Positions 27,718 through 36,957 of a DNA stretch of 64,000 nt are shown one piece after another. Made by a program: the position numbers and the translations under genes. Numbering within the stretch: position 1 is the first letter of the stretch; each line of letters starts with the position of its first letter. The stretch covers positions 1 through 64,000 of the IMG/VR virus record IMGVR_UViG_3300021255_001366, one strand, 5' to 3'. The notes under the pieces were generated by a model that was given only the letters and a program-made list of their open reading frames with translations, was not told the DNA's origin and searched no databases. This stretch comes from a virus. Lineage: Duplodnaviria > Caudoviricetes.

Positions 27718-29925
27718 ATGCATGTATTAAAGCGTGACTCTGAAGAGGTCGAATTTGACCGTGACAAAATAGAAAATGCTATTTTACTTTCAATGAAAAA
27801 TGGTTCTGGAATTGTAAAACCAAAGATAGCAAAAGATATAGCGGATGAGATATATGAAGAAAACAAAGATAAGGACGAGTTGTCTATCTATGATATTGAA
27901 AAGTTAGTCTTTGAAAAACTCATTTCAAAAAAACAGAAACTTACTGCTAGAGCTTACGAGGGTTATAGAAGTATTAGAGAGTTTCAACGTGAAGCGGCGA
28001 ATACTATTGATGAAGATATTGATTCTCTAATCGAGGATCAAAACGAATATTGGAAAGACGAGAATGCCAACAAGAATCCAATATTGAATACTACAAAACG
28101 TGATTATATGGCTGGAATCGTTAGCACAGATGCCACAAGAAGAGCATTGCTTCCTCCTGATATTATTCAAGCACATGACGATGGCATTATACACTTCCAC
28201 GACGCCGACTATTTTTTGCAGCACATGCACAACTGTGATGTATTTAATCTTGATGATATGCTTCAAAACGGCACAGTTATTAGTGAGATACTAATCGAAA
28301 AACCGAAGTCATTTCAAACAGCTTGTACAGTAGCAACACAAATCATTGCGCAAGTTGCAAGTGCGCAGTACGGAGGACAAACAATTTCATTAGCGCATCT
28401 TGCTCCTTTTGTAGATGTAAGTAGACAAAAGATACGCAAGGATGTAACAGAAGAGTTACGAATGCTCAATAACGATAACGTTAAACAAGATGTTATTGAC
28501 GAGATTGTTGAAAAGCGATTGCGAAAAGAAATAAAGGCTGGCATTCAGACAATCCAATATCAGTTAATAACTATAATGACCACTAACGGTCAAAGCCCGT
28601 TTGTTTCTATCTTCATGTATTTAAATGAAGCAAAGAACGAACAAGAAAAGAAAGACTTAGCAATACTCATTGAAGAAGTGTTGTTGCAAAGAATTCAAGG
28701 CGTTAAATCTGAAGACGGTATTTATATAGCACCAGCCTTTCCTAAGTTGCTCTATGTTACTGAGGAAGACAATATTTCAGAAGGACAGCCATATTGGTAC
28801 TTAACCAAATTAGCAGCAGAGTGTACAACAAAGAGATTAGTTCCAGATTATATATCAGAAAAGGTTATGCTTGAATTAAAGGGTGATGTGTATCCGTGCA
28901 TGGGCTGCCGGAGCTTCCTTACTCCAGATGATTTTACAGATCGAGGAGTTGGAAATATTGCCAAGGCTGGTAATTATGAACCGGGCAAGCATAAGTATTA
29001 TGGCAGATTTAATCAAGGAGTTGTAACTATTAATCTTCCAGACATTGCTCTTTCTTCTGAGGGTGATTTTGATACCTTTTGGGAATTGTTTGAGGAACGT
29101 ACAGAACTTTGTCATAGGGCGTTGAGATTAAGACATGAACGGTTGCTTGGAACGGTTTCAGATGTTGCGCCAATTCTTTGGCAATATGGAGCATTAGCAA
29201 GGCTTGAAAAACACGAGAAAATTGACAAACTGTTATATGACGGATATTCAACAATTTCACTTGGTTATGCTGGATTATATGAATGCGTTAAGTATATGAC
29301 TGGAAATTCACACTCTGATGAAGGGGAAGGCGAAAAGTTTGGTCTTCAAGTAATGCAAGCATTAAATGATAAGTGTAAGAAGTGGAAAGATGCTGAAAAC
29401 ATTGCATACTCAATTTACGGAACTCCTTTAGAATCGACAACTTATAAGTTTGCGAAGAAGTTACAAGAAAGATTTGGAGTAATCGAAGGCATTACTGATC
29501 GGAATTACATAACTAATAGTTATCACATCCCGGTGTTCGAAGAAATTAATGCTTTTGAAAAACTCAGAATTGAATCGAAGTTTCAAAAACTGTCTCCGGG
29601 AGGGGCAATATCATACATAGAGACTCCCAATATGATTAAAAATGTTGATGCTATATTATCGGTCATTAAGTACATGTATGAAAACATTATGTACGCAGAG
29701 ATTAATACAAAGTCGTGTCATTGTGAGAAGTGTAAATATGACGGTGATATTCCGCTTGTTACAAACGAAGGCGGAAAACTAATATGGGAATGTCCTAGTT
29801 GCCATAATAGAGACGCTTCTACAATGGATATAGCATTCAGAGTATGCGGCTATATAGGCACTGCAAAGAATGGCGGAAATCAAGGAAGATATGGAGATAT
29901 TCACGATAGAGTGATGCATTTATAA
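27718..29925 (+). CDS. nrdD: Anaerobic ribonucleoside-triphosphate reductase with ATP cone
   Basis: VLKRD ATP cone, MGCRS, TNSYH, Zn site, RVCGY glycyl-radical loop. Confidence 0.95.
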   Translation: MHVLKRDSEEVEFDRDKIENAILLSMKNGSGIVKPKIAKDIADEIYEENKDKDELSIYDIEKLVFEKLISKKQKLTARAYEGYRSIREFQREAANTIDEDIDSLIEDQNEYWKDENANKNPILNTTKRDYMAGIVSTDATRRALLPPDIIQAHDDGIIHFHDADYFLQHMHNCDVFNLDDMLQNGTVISEILIEKPKSFQTACTVATQIIAQVASAQYGGQTISLAHLAPFVDVSRQKIRKDVTEELRMLNNDNVKQDVIDEIVEKRLRKEIKAGIQTIQYQLITIMTTNGQSPFVSIFMYLNEAKNEQEKKDLAILIEEVLLQRIQGVKSEDGIYIAPAFPKLLYVTEEDNISEGQPYWYLTKLAAECTTKRLVPDYISEKVMLELKGDVYPCMGCRSFLTPDDFTDRGVGNIAKAGNYEPGKHKYYGRFNQGVVTINLPDIALSSEGDFDTFWELFEERTELCHRALRLRHERLLGTVSDVAPILWQYGALARLEKHEKIDKLLYDGYSTISLGYAGLYECVKYMTGNSHSDEGEGEKFGLQVMQALNDKCKKWKDAENIAYSIYGTPLESTTYKFAKKLQERFGVIEGITDRNYITNSYHIPVFEEINAFEKLRIESKFQKLSPGGAISYIETPNMIKNVDAILSVIKYMYENIMYAEINTKSCHCEKCKYDGDIPLVTNEGGKLIWECPSCHNRDASTMDIAFRVCGYIGTAKNGGNQGRYGDIHDRVMHL

Positions 29926-29951
29926 TTTGCATACTATTTAAGGAGAAGTCA

Positions 29952-30263
29952 ATGAATTATATAGTTGACATATGCCATGGCATTATTGCTATTGATTTAT
30001 CAAAAATCGGAGATATGCCAATACACTATGCTGTTGGTAGAGCAATAGACGAATATAGATATAATTATGATAAATCTCCGGTTATCAGAATGAATGCTTA
30101 TACTGTTAATAAAGTAATAAGTAGTTTGCCTATTCAATGGTATAACATCAATGAGACAATAATCTCATCGGATGGTTATAAAGGTATGTATTGCGGTTAT
30201 CATATTGAAACAGATGAAGCAATACAAAACGACGTTATATATTTAGAAACAACAGATGATTAA
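29952..30263 (+). CDS. Hypothetical protein (not NrdG)
   Basis: No radical-SAM CxxxCxxC. Confidence 0.6.
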   Translation: MNYIVDICHGIIAIDLSKIGDMPIHYAVGRAIDEYRYNYDKSPVIRMNAYTVNKVISSLPIQWYNINETIISSDGYKGMYCGYHIETDEAIQNDVIYLETTDD

Positions 30264-30292
30264 TGCGTAGCAAACCAATAAAACAATAATTT

Positions 30293-30416
30293 AATGCGGT
30301 GGAGGAATAAGTAGACTCTAGGTGGCGAGATGGTTTTGTAGCACGACGTTACGACGGCGTTCGATTTTCCTAGTAAAGAAAACTATCATGTAGGGTGTAA
30401 ATCCCTACCCGCATTA
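30293..30416 (+). ncRNA. tRNA-like RNA with anticodon arm replaced by a long stem-loop (copy 2)
   Basis: AATGCGG/CCGCATT, D arm GAG-GAATAAGTAGA-CTC, GATGGTTTT/AAAACTATC, GTAGGG-TGTAAAT-CCCTAC. Confidence 0.75.
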
Positions 30417-30423
30417 CAATAAG

Positions 30424-30640
30424 GTGCAGTCTCTCGGCATGACTGTTAAATGTCAAGTAAGGAGCAAAGCACGAGAAAGCATTCTCACTAAACGAGAGTT
30501 GGAATACACTAGATTCCACAATGCAGAGTGTGTGAGCAAAGAGGAAACAGCCTACAATATGGGTGACACTCCCCTGTCTATATGGCAGTGACAATTAAGG
30601 GCGAGGAGTGCATGGTCGTGGAGTTGGGGTAGCGATCAAA
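30424..30640 (+). ncRNA. Candidate structured ncRNA with 5' pseudoknot
   Basis: CAGTC/GACTG plus GGCAT/ATGTC; TGGAAT/ATTCCA; GAGTGT/ACACTC; no + strand ORF. Confidence 0.45.
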
Positions 30641-30665
30641 ATAAATAACAAGGAGTAAAAATAAT

Positions 30666-31406
30666 ATGAGTAAAAACGTGCAACTTGAAAGAGACACGAA
30701 GGCAATCGAAGATGAGATGGTTAGAGAAGCGTCAGAGTTTCATCCAACTAATAAAGGAATGCTTCTTTTAAGCATAGGAGTAATCCTGTTTATGATTGCT
30801 CAGTTATGCTGGAACATTGTGTTAAATAAAAAGATGGACACGATGGGCGGCAAGATTACAGAGGTTGCATCTATCACAGATGCTGACAGAGCAAGGGTTG
30901 ATGAGTTCGAGCAGCTCTATAAATCAAACAGCGCTCTGAATGGCGAAGTGATTAATTCAATTCTTAATAACGTCAAAGACCTTAAGGATCACGTTGAAGA
31001 CGAAATCGACAGAATTGATAAACATGTTGATGAAGTTGAGCAATCAAAGCTCGATAAAAAGCAGAAGAAGACAGAGGCTACAACAGTAGCCTCTTCTGCT
31101 ACAACAACGCCAGTATCTAGTACTACCCCTAGTGGTGGGAATATGACACTCGTTGGGTATTATGAACTCACGGCATACGAAGAAACCGGATATCCTTGTG
31201 CGAATGGTAATTATCCAACGGTTGGTTATACAGTAGCGTGTAATAGTTTACCGCTCGGAACTCGCATCTATATTGAAGGATACGGTGAGTACGTTGTAGA
31301 AGACACCGGAGGAATGGGCGGTGGTGTAGTTGATATATACCTGGGTGATCCGGGGGCTTGTATTCAGTTCGGCAGACAAGGTGCAAATGTGTACATAGTG
31401 AACTAA
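30666..31406 (+). CDS. Membrane-anchored 3D-domain (MltA-like) cell-wall protein
   Basis: TM, coiled coil, S/T linker, LTAY..LPLGT.IYIEGYG..EDTGG..VDIY. Confidence 0.82.
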   Translation: MSKNVQLERDTKAIEDEMVREASEFHPTNKGMLLLSIGVILFMIAQLCWNIVLNKKMDTMGGKITEVASITDADRARVDEFEQLYKSNSALNGEVINSILNNVKDLKDHVEDEIDRIDKHVDEVEQSKLDKKQKKTEATTVASSATTTPVSSTTPSGGNMTLVGYYELTAYEETGYPCANGNYPTVGYTVACNSLPLGTRIYIEGYGEYVVEDTGGMGGGVVDIYLGDPGACIQFGRQGANVYIVN

Positions 31407-31437
31407 ATAAAAGAATAATTTGATTGGAGGAAAATGT

Positions 31438-31839
31438 ATGAGAATAATATCACAAAAAGAATTGGGATACATGCCAAACGGCACGGTGTTTAGCGAGATA
31501 ACTGATCCAAATTTTTATAAAGGCATTAATGGACACATGGAAATTAATGGATTGAATATTATTTGTGGACATGACAGTGCTGATACACGTTTTACTCCAG
31601 AAGCTGGGCATTTCAATGGTTGTCTTCATATGTTAGATTATGTTTCTCATACTAATAAAATCTGTGACAACGAAGAATTTGATGAAGACGATTGGTTTAC
31701 AACAACTGATACTTGCGAGTTTGATTATGACAATGATAGATATTTTGTTATTTATTCAAAAGATGAAATTAAAGCAATAATACGTAATTTGAAATGGGCT
31801 TTAAACGGTTGTACAGAGGAGGATACCAATGAACGCTAG
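31438..31839 (+). CDS. Hypothetical protein
   Basis: GGAGG RBS before ATG 31438. Confidence 0.65.
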   Translation: MRIISQKELGYMPNGTVFSEITDPNFYKGINGHMEINGLNIICGHDSADTRFTPEAGHFNGCLHMLDYVSHTNKICDNEEFDEDDWFTTTDTCEFDYDNDRYFVIYSKDEIKAIIRNLKWALNGCTEEDTNER

Positions 31840-32104
31840 ACAAGCTGCAAAGTATTACAAACGCAAATATGAGAACTCAAGATACGACTACAACGACAGT
31901 CTTAAACTAGAATATTGTACACCGACTCATTATGGAATATCGAATAGGTTTTATTTTCCGTTTCTCGCTGATCAGAACGCTATTAAACGTAAGATAGCAG
32001 AGCATTTATCAGAAGATATGACTGGATTCATATACGAACATATGAATGTAAAAGATACTGAGAATGAGCGAACATATGAGGCGACATTTGAATTTTGGAT
32101 ATAG
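31829..32104 (+). CDS. Hypothetical protein
   Basis: RBS, overlap. Confidence 0.6.
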   Translation: MNARQAAKYYKRKYENSRYDYNDSLKLEYCTPTHYGISNRFYFPFLADQNAIKRKIAEHLSEDMTGFIYEHMNVKDTENERTYEATFEFWI

Positions 32105-32115
32105 GAGTGATTAAT

Positions 32116-32661
32116 ATGAAAATAAACGAGTCAGATTTCGAATACAAAGGATATAGATGCGTTACTACATTTACAGATATGGGATACCGCTGCGGCTATG
32201 TTGGGATTCCAGAAGGACATCCTCTGTACGGCAAGAAAGAAGATGTAAAATTAAATATGACCATTAAAGAAATGGCAGAAAAAGAAACTGAAGCAAATAA
32301 GAGAAACTCTGTTTCTACACTATTGCTTGGGATGACAGATGAAGACGAGTTAGTAGAATTAGGTGCGTACTTTAATGTACACGGCGGTATTACTTACTGC
32401 ACCGGAGGACATAACTCGAAACATCCCATAGAGAGTGATTTGTGGTGGTTCGGTTTTGATTGTGGTCATTGCTATGATGCGCCTGACATTGAGAAGATGG
32501 AAGATCTATGGGGAGATAATCCCAATATTCGTCGTCGAATTGACGATCCGCTAATCTTCGCTGATATGGAAGTACGCACATTGGAGTACGTACAAGAAGA
32601 GTGCAAGAGATTGGTTGATCAGATTATAGACTTGCTCGACAACGTGGAGGTATTGGCATGA
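32116..32661 (+). CDS. Conserved-type phage protein
   Basis: CGYV..HP..VHGGITY..WWFGFDC.H motif. Confidence 0.75.
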   Translation: MKINESDFEYKGYRCVTTFTDMGYRCGYVGIPEGHPLYGKKEDVKLNMTIKEMAEKETEANKRNSVSTLLLGMTDEDELVELGAYFNVHGGITYCTGGHNSKHPIESDLWWFGFDCGHCYDAPDIEKMEDLWGDNPNIRRRIDDPLIFADMEVRTLEYVQEECKRLVDQIIDLLDNVEVLA

Positions 32662-32815
32662 CATCAGAAGAAATCAAAACTCAAATCGAAGCGCTTTCAG
32701 AAAAGTGTTTTATCCTCGACATGAAAGATTTTTGGTCGAATAAAGATTTTGAAACTTATAACAAATGGACAGAAGAAATAAGAGAACTTAAAGCACAACT
32801 TAAGGAGGAGTAAAA

Positions 32816-33271
32816 ATGATTGACGTTACGAATACACCGACAATTAAAGTTAAGAAAATGAATAGTAATGCGACTCTGCCGACAAGGGGATCAGAGGAAG
32901 CTGCGGGTATTGACTTATACGCCTGTATTGATAATCCTATTACAATCCCTCCGCATGATTCTGTTACGTTTAACAGTGGCGTAGCGTTTGAATTGCCAAA
33001 GGGTTACTTCGGAGCTGTAGTACCGAGAAGCAGCATAGGAATTAAGAAACATTTGAGGCTTTGTAATGATGTTGGGGTTATTGATTTTGATTATAAGGGC
33101 AGCGTTCTTATGGCTTTCCATAATGATAGTGATTATCCTCAGACAATTAATCCAGGTGATCGTATTGCTCAGATGGTACTTCTTCCATATGTGACATTCC
33201 CGATTGAGGAAGTGGCAGAATTGACAGATACAGAGCGTGGAGAAGGTGGCATTGGTAGTACGGGAAGGTAG
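32816..33271 (+). CDS. dut: dUTPase (trimeric type)
   Basis: AGIDL, PRSS, GVIDFDYKG, RIAQ, RGEGGIGSTG. Confidence 0.95.
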   Translation: MIDVTNTPTIKVKKMNSNATLPTRGSEEAAGIDLYACIDNPITIPPHDSVTFNSGVAFELPKGYFGAVVPRSSIGIKKHLRLCNDVGVIDFDYKGSVLMAFHNDSDYPQTINPGDRIAQMVLLPYVTFPIEEVAELTDTERGEGGIGSTGR

Positions 33272-33281
33272 GTGGGGCAAT

Positions 33282-33476
33282 ATGAGCGACGTAGAACCAA
33301 TAATGTTAACAGTTAAAGACGTACAAACAATGCTTAACATTGGAAAGAATACTGCTTATGAATTAATAGCGCAACCAGATTTTCCTACTATCAAATTAGG
33401 TGGGAAGTATCTGGTTTCCAAACAAGGTTTAGAAACATGGGTACAAAAACATTTATATAAAGAATATACGTTATGA
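33282..33476 (+). CDS. xis: Excisionase-like HTH protein
   Basis: MLTVKDVQTMLNIGKNTAYEL..FP.IKLG; adjacent to attP. Confidence 0.8.
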   Translation: MSDVEPIMLTVKDVQTMLNIGKNTAYELIAQPDFPTIKLGGKYLVSKQGLETWVQKHLYKEYTL

Positions 33477-33480
33477 AAAA

Positions 33481-33754
33481 CTGGTCATTGTGTGACCACT
33501 TTGCCATTAGATGACGTAATAAAAACTGTTATAAATGACTAAAATTTCAACTGATACCAAAGGTCTCCAAAACCTTTGGCGCGGGTTCGATTCCTGCAGC
33601 CCCTGTAGCCGTAAATCGTTATAAATCAACGGTTTGCGGCTCTTTTATTATTTGTAAAAAGTGGTCACACCACTTCGGATTTTCCATATTTTCCCACATT
33701 TTATTAAACTATCTGGTCACAAAGTGGTCATTTTGCATTTTAAAAAGTGGTCAC
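33481..33754. repeat. Integrase arm-type repeats (C/G)TGGTCA(C/T) flanking the att core
   Basis: Copies at 33481, 33492 (inverted), 33661, 33713, 33724, 33747. Confidence 0.75.
33560..33605 (+). other. attP core: 3' half of tRNA-Trp(CCA)
   Basis: AAGGT-CTCCAAA-ACCTT anticodon arm, T arm and acceptor 3' strand; no 5' half; followed by a terminator-like hairpin. Confidence 0.88.
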
Positions 33755-33758
33755 ATTG

Positions 33759-33787
33759 TTGCATCCTATTAATTTGTATGTTAGAAT
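33759..33787 (+). promoter_or_regulatory. Sigma-A-type promoter of the integrase
   Basis: TTGCAT-N17-TAGAAT, TGn. Confidence 0.6.
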
Positions 33788-33805
33788 ACAAAAAAATAGG
33801 AGGCG

Positions 33806-35011
33806 GTGCTTATGAAATTACCAGTATTACCCTATGGTGAAGGCAGTATGTATATGAGAAATGATACAGTGTTGTATAAAAAAACAATAACACTGCCAAA
33901 TGGAAAAAAAGTTAGAAAGGTAATCTCTGGACAGAACCCAAAACAATGTTTAGAGAAAATGAAACAATTCGAAGAAGAAATTAAAAATTCTAAGACACCA
34001 TCAAGTCATATTGTATTAATAGATGGTATTATAAGTTGGCTTGAGAATACGCATAAGGACACCGTAAAGCCACAAACATACAGACGATTAGTCGGAACGG
34101 CGACTAACCAAATTGAGCCTTCTCCAATTGGACATATGCGATACCAAGAGATAACCGGAGATGAAATACAAAGTTTGCTCAATTATTTAAACCAAAAAGA
34201 ATATTCACATTCAACCATAAAAAAGACACATGATTTACTGAATTCTTTTTTTAGATACGTCTCAGAAAAAGACTCCTTTGATAATCCAATGCGTCTTGTT
34301 ACTATGCCGAAGATTAGCAATATCAAAGCGGAGTCCAAAGAAATTGCATGGCTTGAAGAAGACGAGATAGATCGCTTTGTTAAGGCGTGTGATACGCAGT
34401 TCAACAATGGATTGTTAAAATTCAAGTATGGTTACATACTCGCAGCAAATATCTATCTTGGTATGCGAGGAGGTGAATTACTTGCCTTAAAATGGAAGGA
34501 CATAGACCTCGAAAAGAATACCATATACGTATGTAAGACGTTGATTGAAGCCACCAATCCGGAGTATGATACAAACGATACGGCTGAAATGCGTAGACAG
34601 GGTATCAAGCGTACGTTGTTCTCAGTTCAAGAAAACACCAAGACATCTAAGAACCGCTACGTACCGATTAACTCCAAAGCAAGAGAGTTGTTAGTCAAAT
34701 ATCGTAATAATTGTCAATACACTGATCCAGAGGATTTTGTAATATCAACGAGTAATCGTAAAACGAACACGCTCAAGAATCTCTCAGACGCCATCAAGGC
34801 TATCGAGGCTGAAGCTGAAATAAATAAGCCTTGTAATACACATATCCTCCGCCATACATGTGCGAGTTTATACTTCAGAAAAGGAGTTCCAATAGAAGTC
34901 ATCTGTCAAATACTTGGAAATTCTAGAGAAGTGTGTGAAAAGACCTACGTACATTTTGTAGAAGAACAGTTGAAAGAAGCGGCCTCAAAGATTGATGTTA
35001 TCGAAATATAG
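33806..35011 (+). CDS. int: Tyrosine integrase
   Basis: GMRGGE, KT, HILRHT, LGNS..TYVH. Confidence 0.95.
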   Translation: MLMKLPVLPYGEGSMYMRNDTVLYKKTITLPNGKKVRKVISGQNPKQCLEKMKQFEEEIKNSKTPSSHIVLIDGIISWLENTHKDTVKPQTYRRLVGTATNQIEPSPIGHMRYQEITGDEIQSLLNYLNQKEYSHSTIKKTHDLLNSFFRYVSEKDSFDNPMRLVTMPKISNIKAESKEIAWLEEDEIDRFVKACDTQFNNGLLKFKYGYILAANIYLGMRGGELLALKWKDIDLEKNTIYVCKTLIEATNPEYDTNDTAEMRRQGIKRTLFSVQENTKTSKNRYVPINSKARELLVKYRNNCQYTDPEDFVISTSNRKTNTLKNLSDAIKAIEAEAEINKPCNTHILRHTCASLYFRKGVPIEVICQILGNSREVCEKTYVHFVEEQLKEAASKIDVIEI

Positions 35012-35019
35012 CCATATGC

Positions 35020-35058
35020 AAAAAAAGCCAAGGAGCGTAAAAACTCCTTGGCTAAAAT
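35020..35058. terminator. Terminator at the convergence of the two arms
   Basis: AGCCAAGGAG/CTCCTTGGCT hairpin with a T tract on the - strand. Confidence 0.75.
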
Positions 35059-35161
35059 TTTGACGATGCGATTCTTGTATGCTCTTGAATCGTCATTTAC
35101 TTATACCCCTAAGAAAGGGAATGCCGTTTTGACATCCACGTGATATGTGGATTTAGTTGAG

Positions 35162-35629
35162 TTATGTTCTCTTCTTTAGAGGGAAGAAACGCAATTTTGA
35201 ACCGCTTAAACTTAACTCGTTTATGGTTGCAAAAGTAATGGTCTCACCTCTACACATCAAGTATTCTACTGGTACATATCCATCAACGACAGTAATGTTG
35301 CTAATGTACACATATTCGTTAGTTATGCTTGATTTGAAGCCAAATGTTCCCGCACTTTGCGTGTTGGATTTTCTGATATATCCACGCACGACACCCATAG
35401 ACGGAGCAGTAAAATAATCATTCACTTTCGTAGGTGTAATTACAGATGCTGTGCCATAATCTAAGTCCGCTAAATTTTGACTTAACTCATCCACCTCATC
35501 CATATACGCATCCATGCTATCGCCAAGAGGTGTTCCGTCAGACTTGAAAATCGAATTTGTCCTCGTGACGTAGGACACGGGTGTTCCATCCTCGGCTTTC
35601 GGCTGAACGATGTTTATTGTATTTGGCAT
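35162..35629 (-). CDS. Putative fibre-tip/adhesin protein
   Basis: N-terminal T..I...DG.PL motif, short coil, beta-rich C-terminus. Confidence 0.65.
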   Translation of the reverse strand: MPNTINIVQPKAEDGTPVSYVTRTNSIFKSDGTPLGDSMDAYMDEVDELSQNLADLDYGTASVITPTKVNDYFTAPSMGVVRGYIRKSNTQSAGTFGFKSSITNEYVYISNITVVDGYVPVEYLMCRGETITFATINELSLSGSKLRFFPLKKRT

Positions 35630-35659
35630 TTCGTTTTCCTCCTTTGTTATTTAATTTGG

Positions 35660-36061
35660 TTACGCACAGACGTAGGCAACTGTGTATGTTTGATTAGCCG
35701 CAGGAGTGAAGCCCGAATTAGTAATCAAAAACTTATATCTTGAATTGTTCACTATCGTAAACACCACTCTATCAACCGCCACTCCTTCAACCCAAGCGTT
35801 CATAATTTTAACTTGGCTTGTTGTTAAGGTTGTTGTTAAAATACCGTTGCTGTCGGTAGTACCCGAAAAGGTTGGAAACTTAATCAACTCCTCTACATCA
35901 CTCATATGAGCAAAAGGGTCAATTTCTTCCACATCGTCCGATGCAATCGTCTCACCGATAAACAGTTCTCCGTGAAGTGGATTCCCATTCACATCAAACA
36001 CATGAGATGTGTCCGTCTTTATGGGTTTGCTATTTCCTTGTTCGTCTTGTATTACTGCCAT
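35660..36061 (-). CDS. Putative fibre-tip/adhesin protein
   Basis: Same architecture as neighbours. Confidence 0.65.
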   Translation of the reverse strand: MAVIQDEQGNSKPIKTDTSHVFDVNGNPLHGELFIGETIASDDVEEIDPFAHMSDVEELIKFPTFSGTTDSNGILTTTLTTSQVKIMNAWVEGVAVDRVVFTIVNNSRYKFLITNSGFTPAANQTYTVAYVCA

Positions 36062-36097
36062 GATTTTCCTCCTTTGTAAAATGTGGATTTAACTGAG

Positions 36098-36943
36098 TTA
36101 TGATGTTACATTGGTATATGCTCCAACTGACACTGTTGCATAAGACCATGTGTTATCTACTTTTCTGAATGAAAACATAGCACCATTATATGCAACAACC
36201 ATCATACCAATGTGTGAAGAATTCATTTTGTGTACAATACCGCACTGATTGTATATTATCGCCACTCCCGAAGAAGTATTATCCATATTTGAAGCAATCG
36301 TTTCAAGCGTTGCAATAGAAACAAATGTTTGCTTAGATGTATCCTTATAGACAATCGGCATTGTGCCACTTGCTAACTCCGCTAAATCATCACTAACCGC
36401 AGTAATCTTATCATCCAACACCTTGCCTTGCCGTGCATCCAATGGATAGTTCGGTAGTGTCGTAACAAGGTTATTCTGCAAACTGCTTTCACGAAGTACG
36501 GGTGATACACTCGGCAGTTCCTCATCGTCACCCGCAAGGTACGCAAGGTTTGTAGGACGGTCTTCAAGAGTATCCCAACTAGCAGTAGCGGAATATCCTT
36601 GATAACCAGCTTCTTGGTTAAGTTTTGTATCATCTACAACAAGATACATAAGTTCTGTTGCAATTACATATACAGTATCCCCGTTCTGTACTTGATCAGT
36701 CGTGAGTGCAAATCTAGCTGTGTCATCAGCCACCTTTACAAGGTTATCCAGTGCCGTCTTAGGTATTTCACTAAGAGGCACTTTACCGTTAACAAGGTCT
36801 GCTTTTGCTGACCACGCAGTGGTTAAAGTAGAACCATTGCTCATCTCTACCGTATCAGAAGATGTCCAATGAGACAGTAGTTTATATCCATTGCTTTTTT
36901 TGTTATATCTTTTTATCTTTTCAAATCCAGAAAGAATAGACAT
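36098..36943 (-). CDS. Putative tail fibre protein
   Basis: KADLVNGKVP, ARFALT..VQNGD.V, LDARQGKVL fibre-type motifs. Confidence 0.7.
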   Translation of the reverse strand: MSILSGFEKIKRYNKKSNGYKLLSHWTSSDTVEMSNGSTLTTAWSAKADLVNGKVPLSEIPKTALDNLVKVADDTARFALTTDQVQNGDTVYVIATELMYLVVDDTKLNQEAGYQGYSATASWDTLEDRPTNLAYLAGDDEELPSVSPVLRESSLQNNLVTTLPNYPLDARQGKVLDDKITAVSDDLAELASGTMPIVYKDTSKQTFVSIATLETIASNMDNTSSGVAIIYNQCGIVHKMNSSHIGMMVVAYNGAMFSFRKVDNTWSYATVSVGAYTNVTS

Positions 36944-36957
36944 ATTTTATTCCCTCC

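Larger units (their letters stand above)
35150..36388. repeat. Six 15-bp sites forming three inverted pairs, each bracketing a variable C-terminal domain
   Basis: + sites at 35150, 35648, 36086; - sites at 35462-35476, 35885-35899, 36374-36388; consensus near GATTTARYKGAGTTA. Confidence 0.7.

Noticed and set aside
33560-33605. Functional phage tRNA-Trp
   Set aside because: No D arm or 5' acceptor strand; position and arm repeats fit attP
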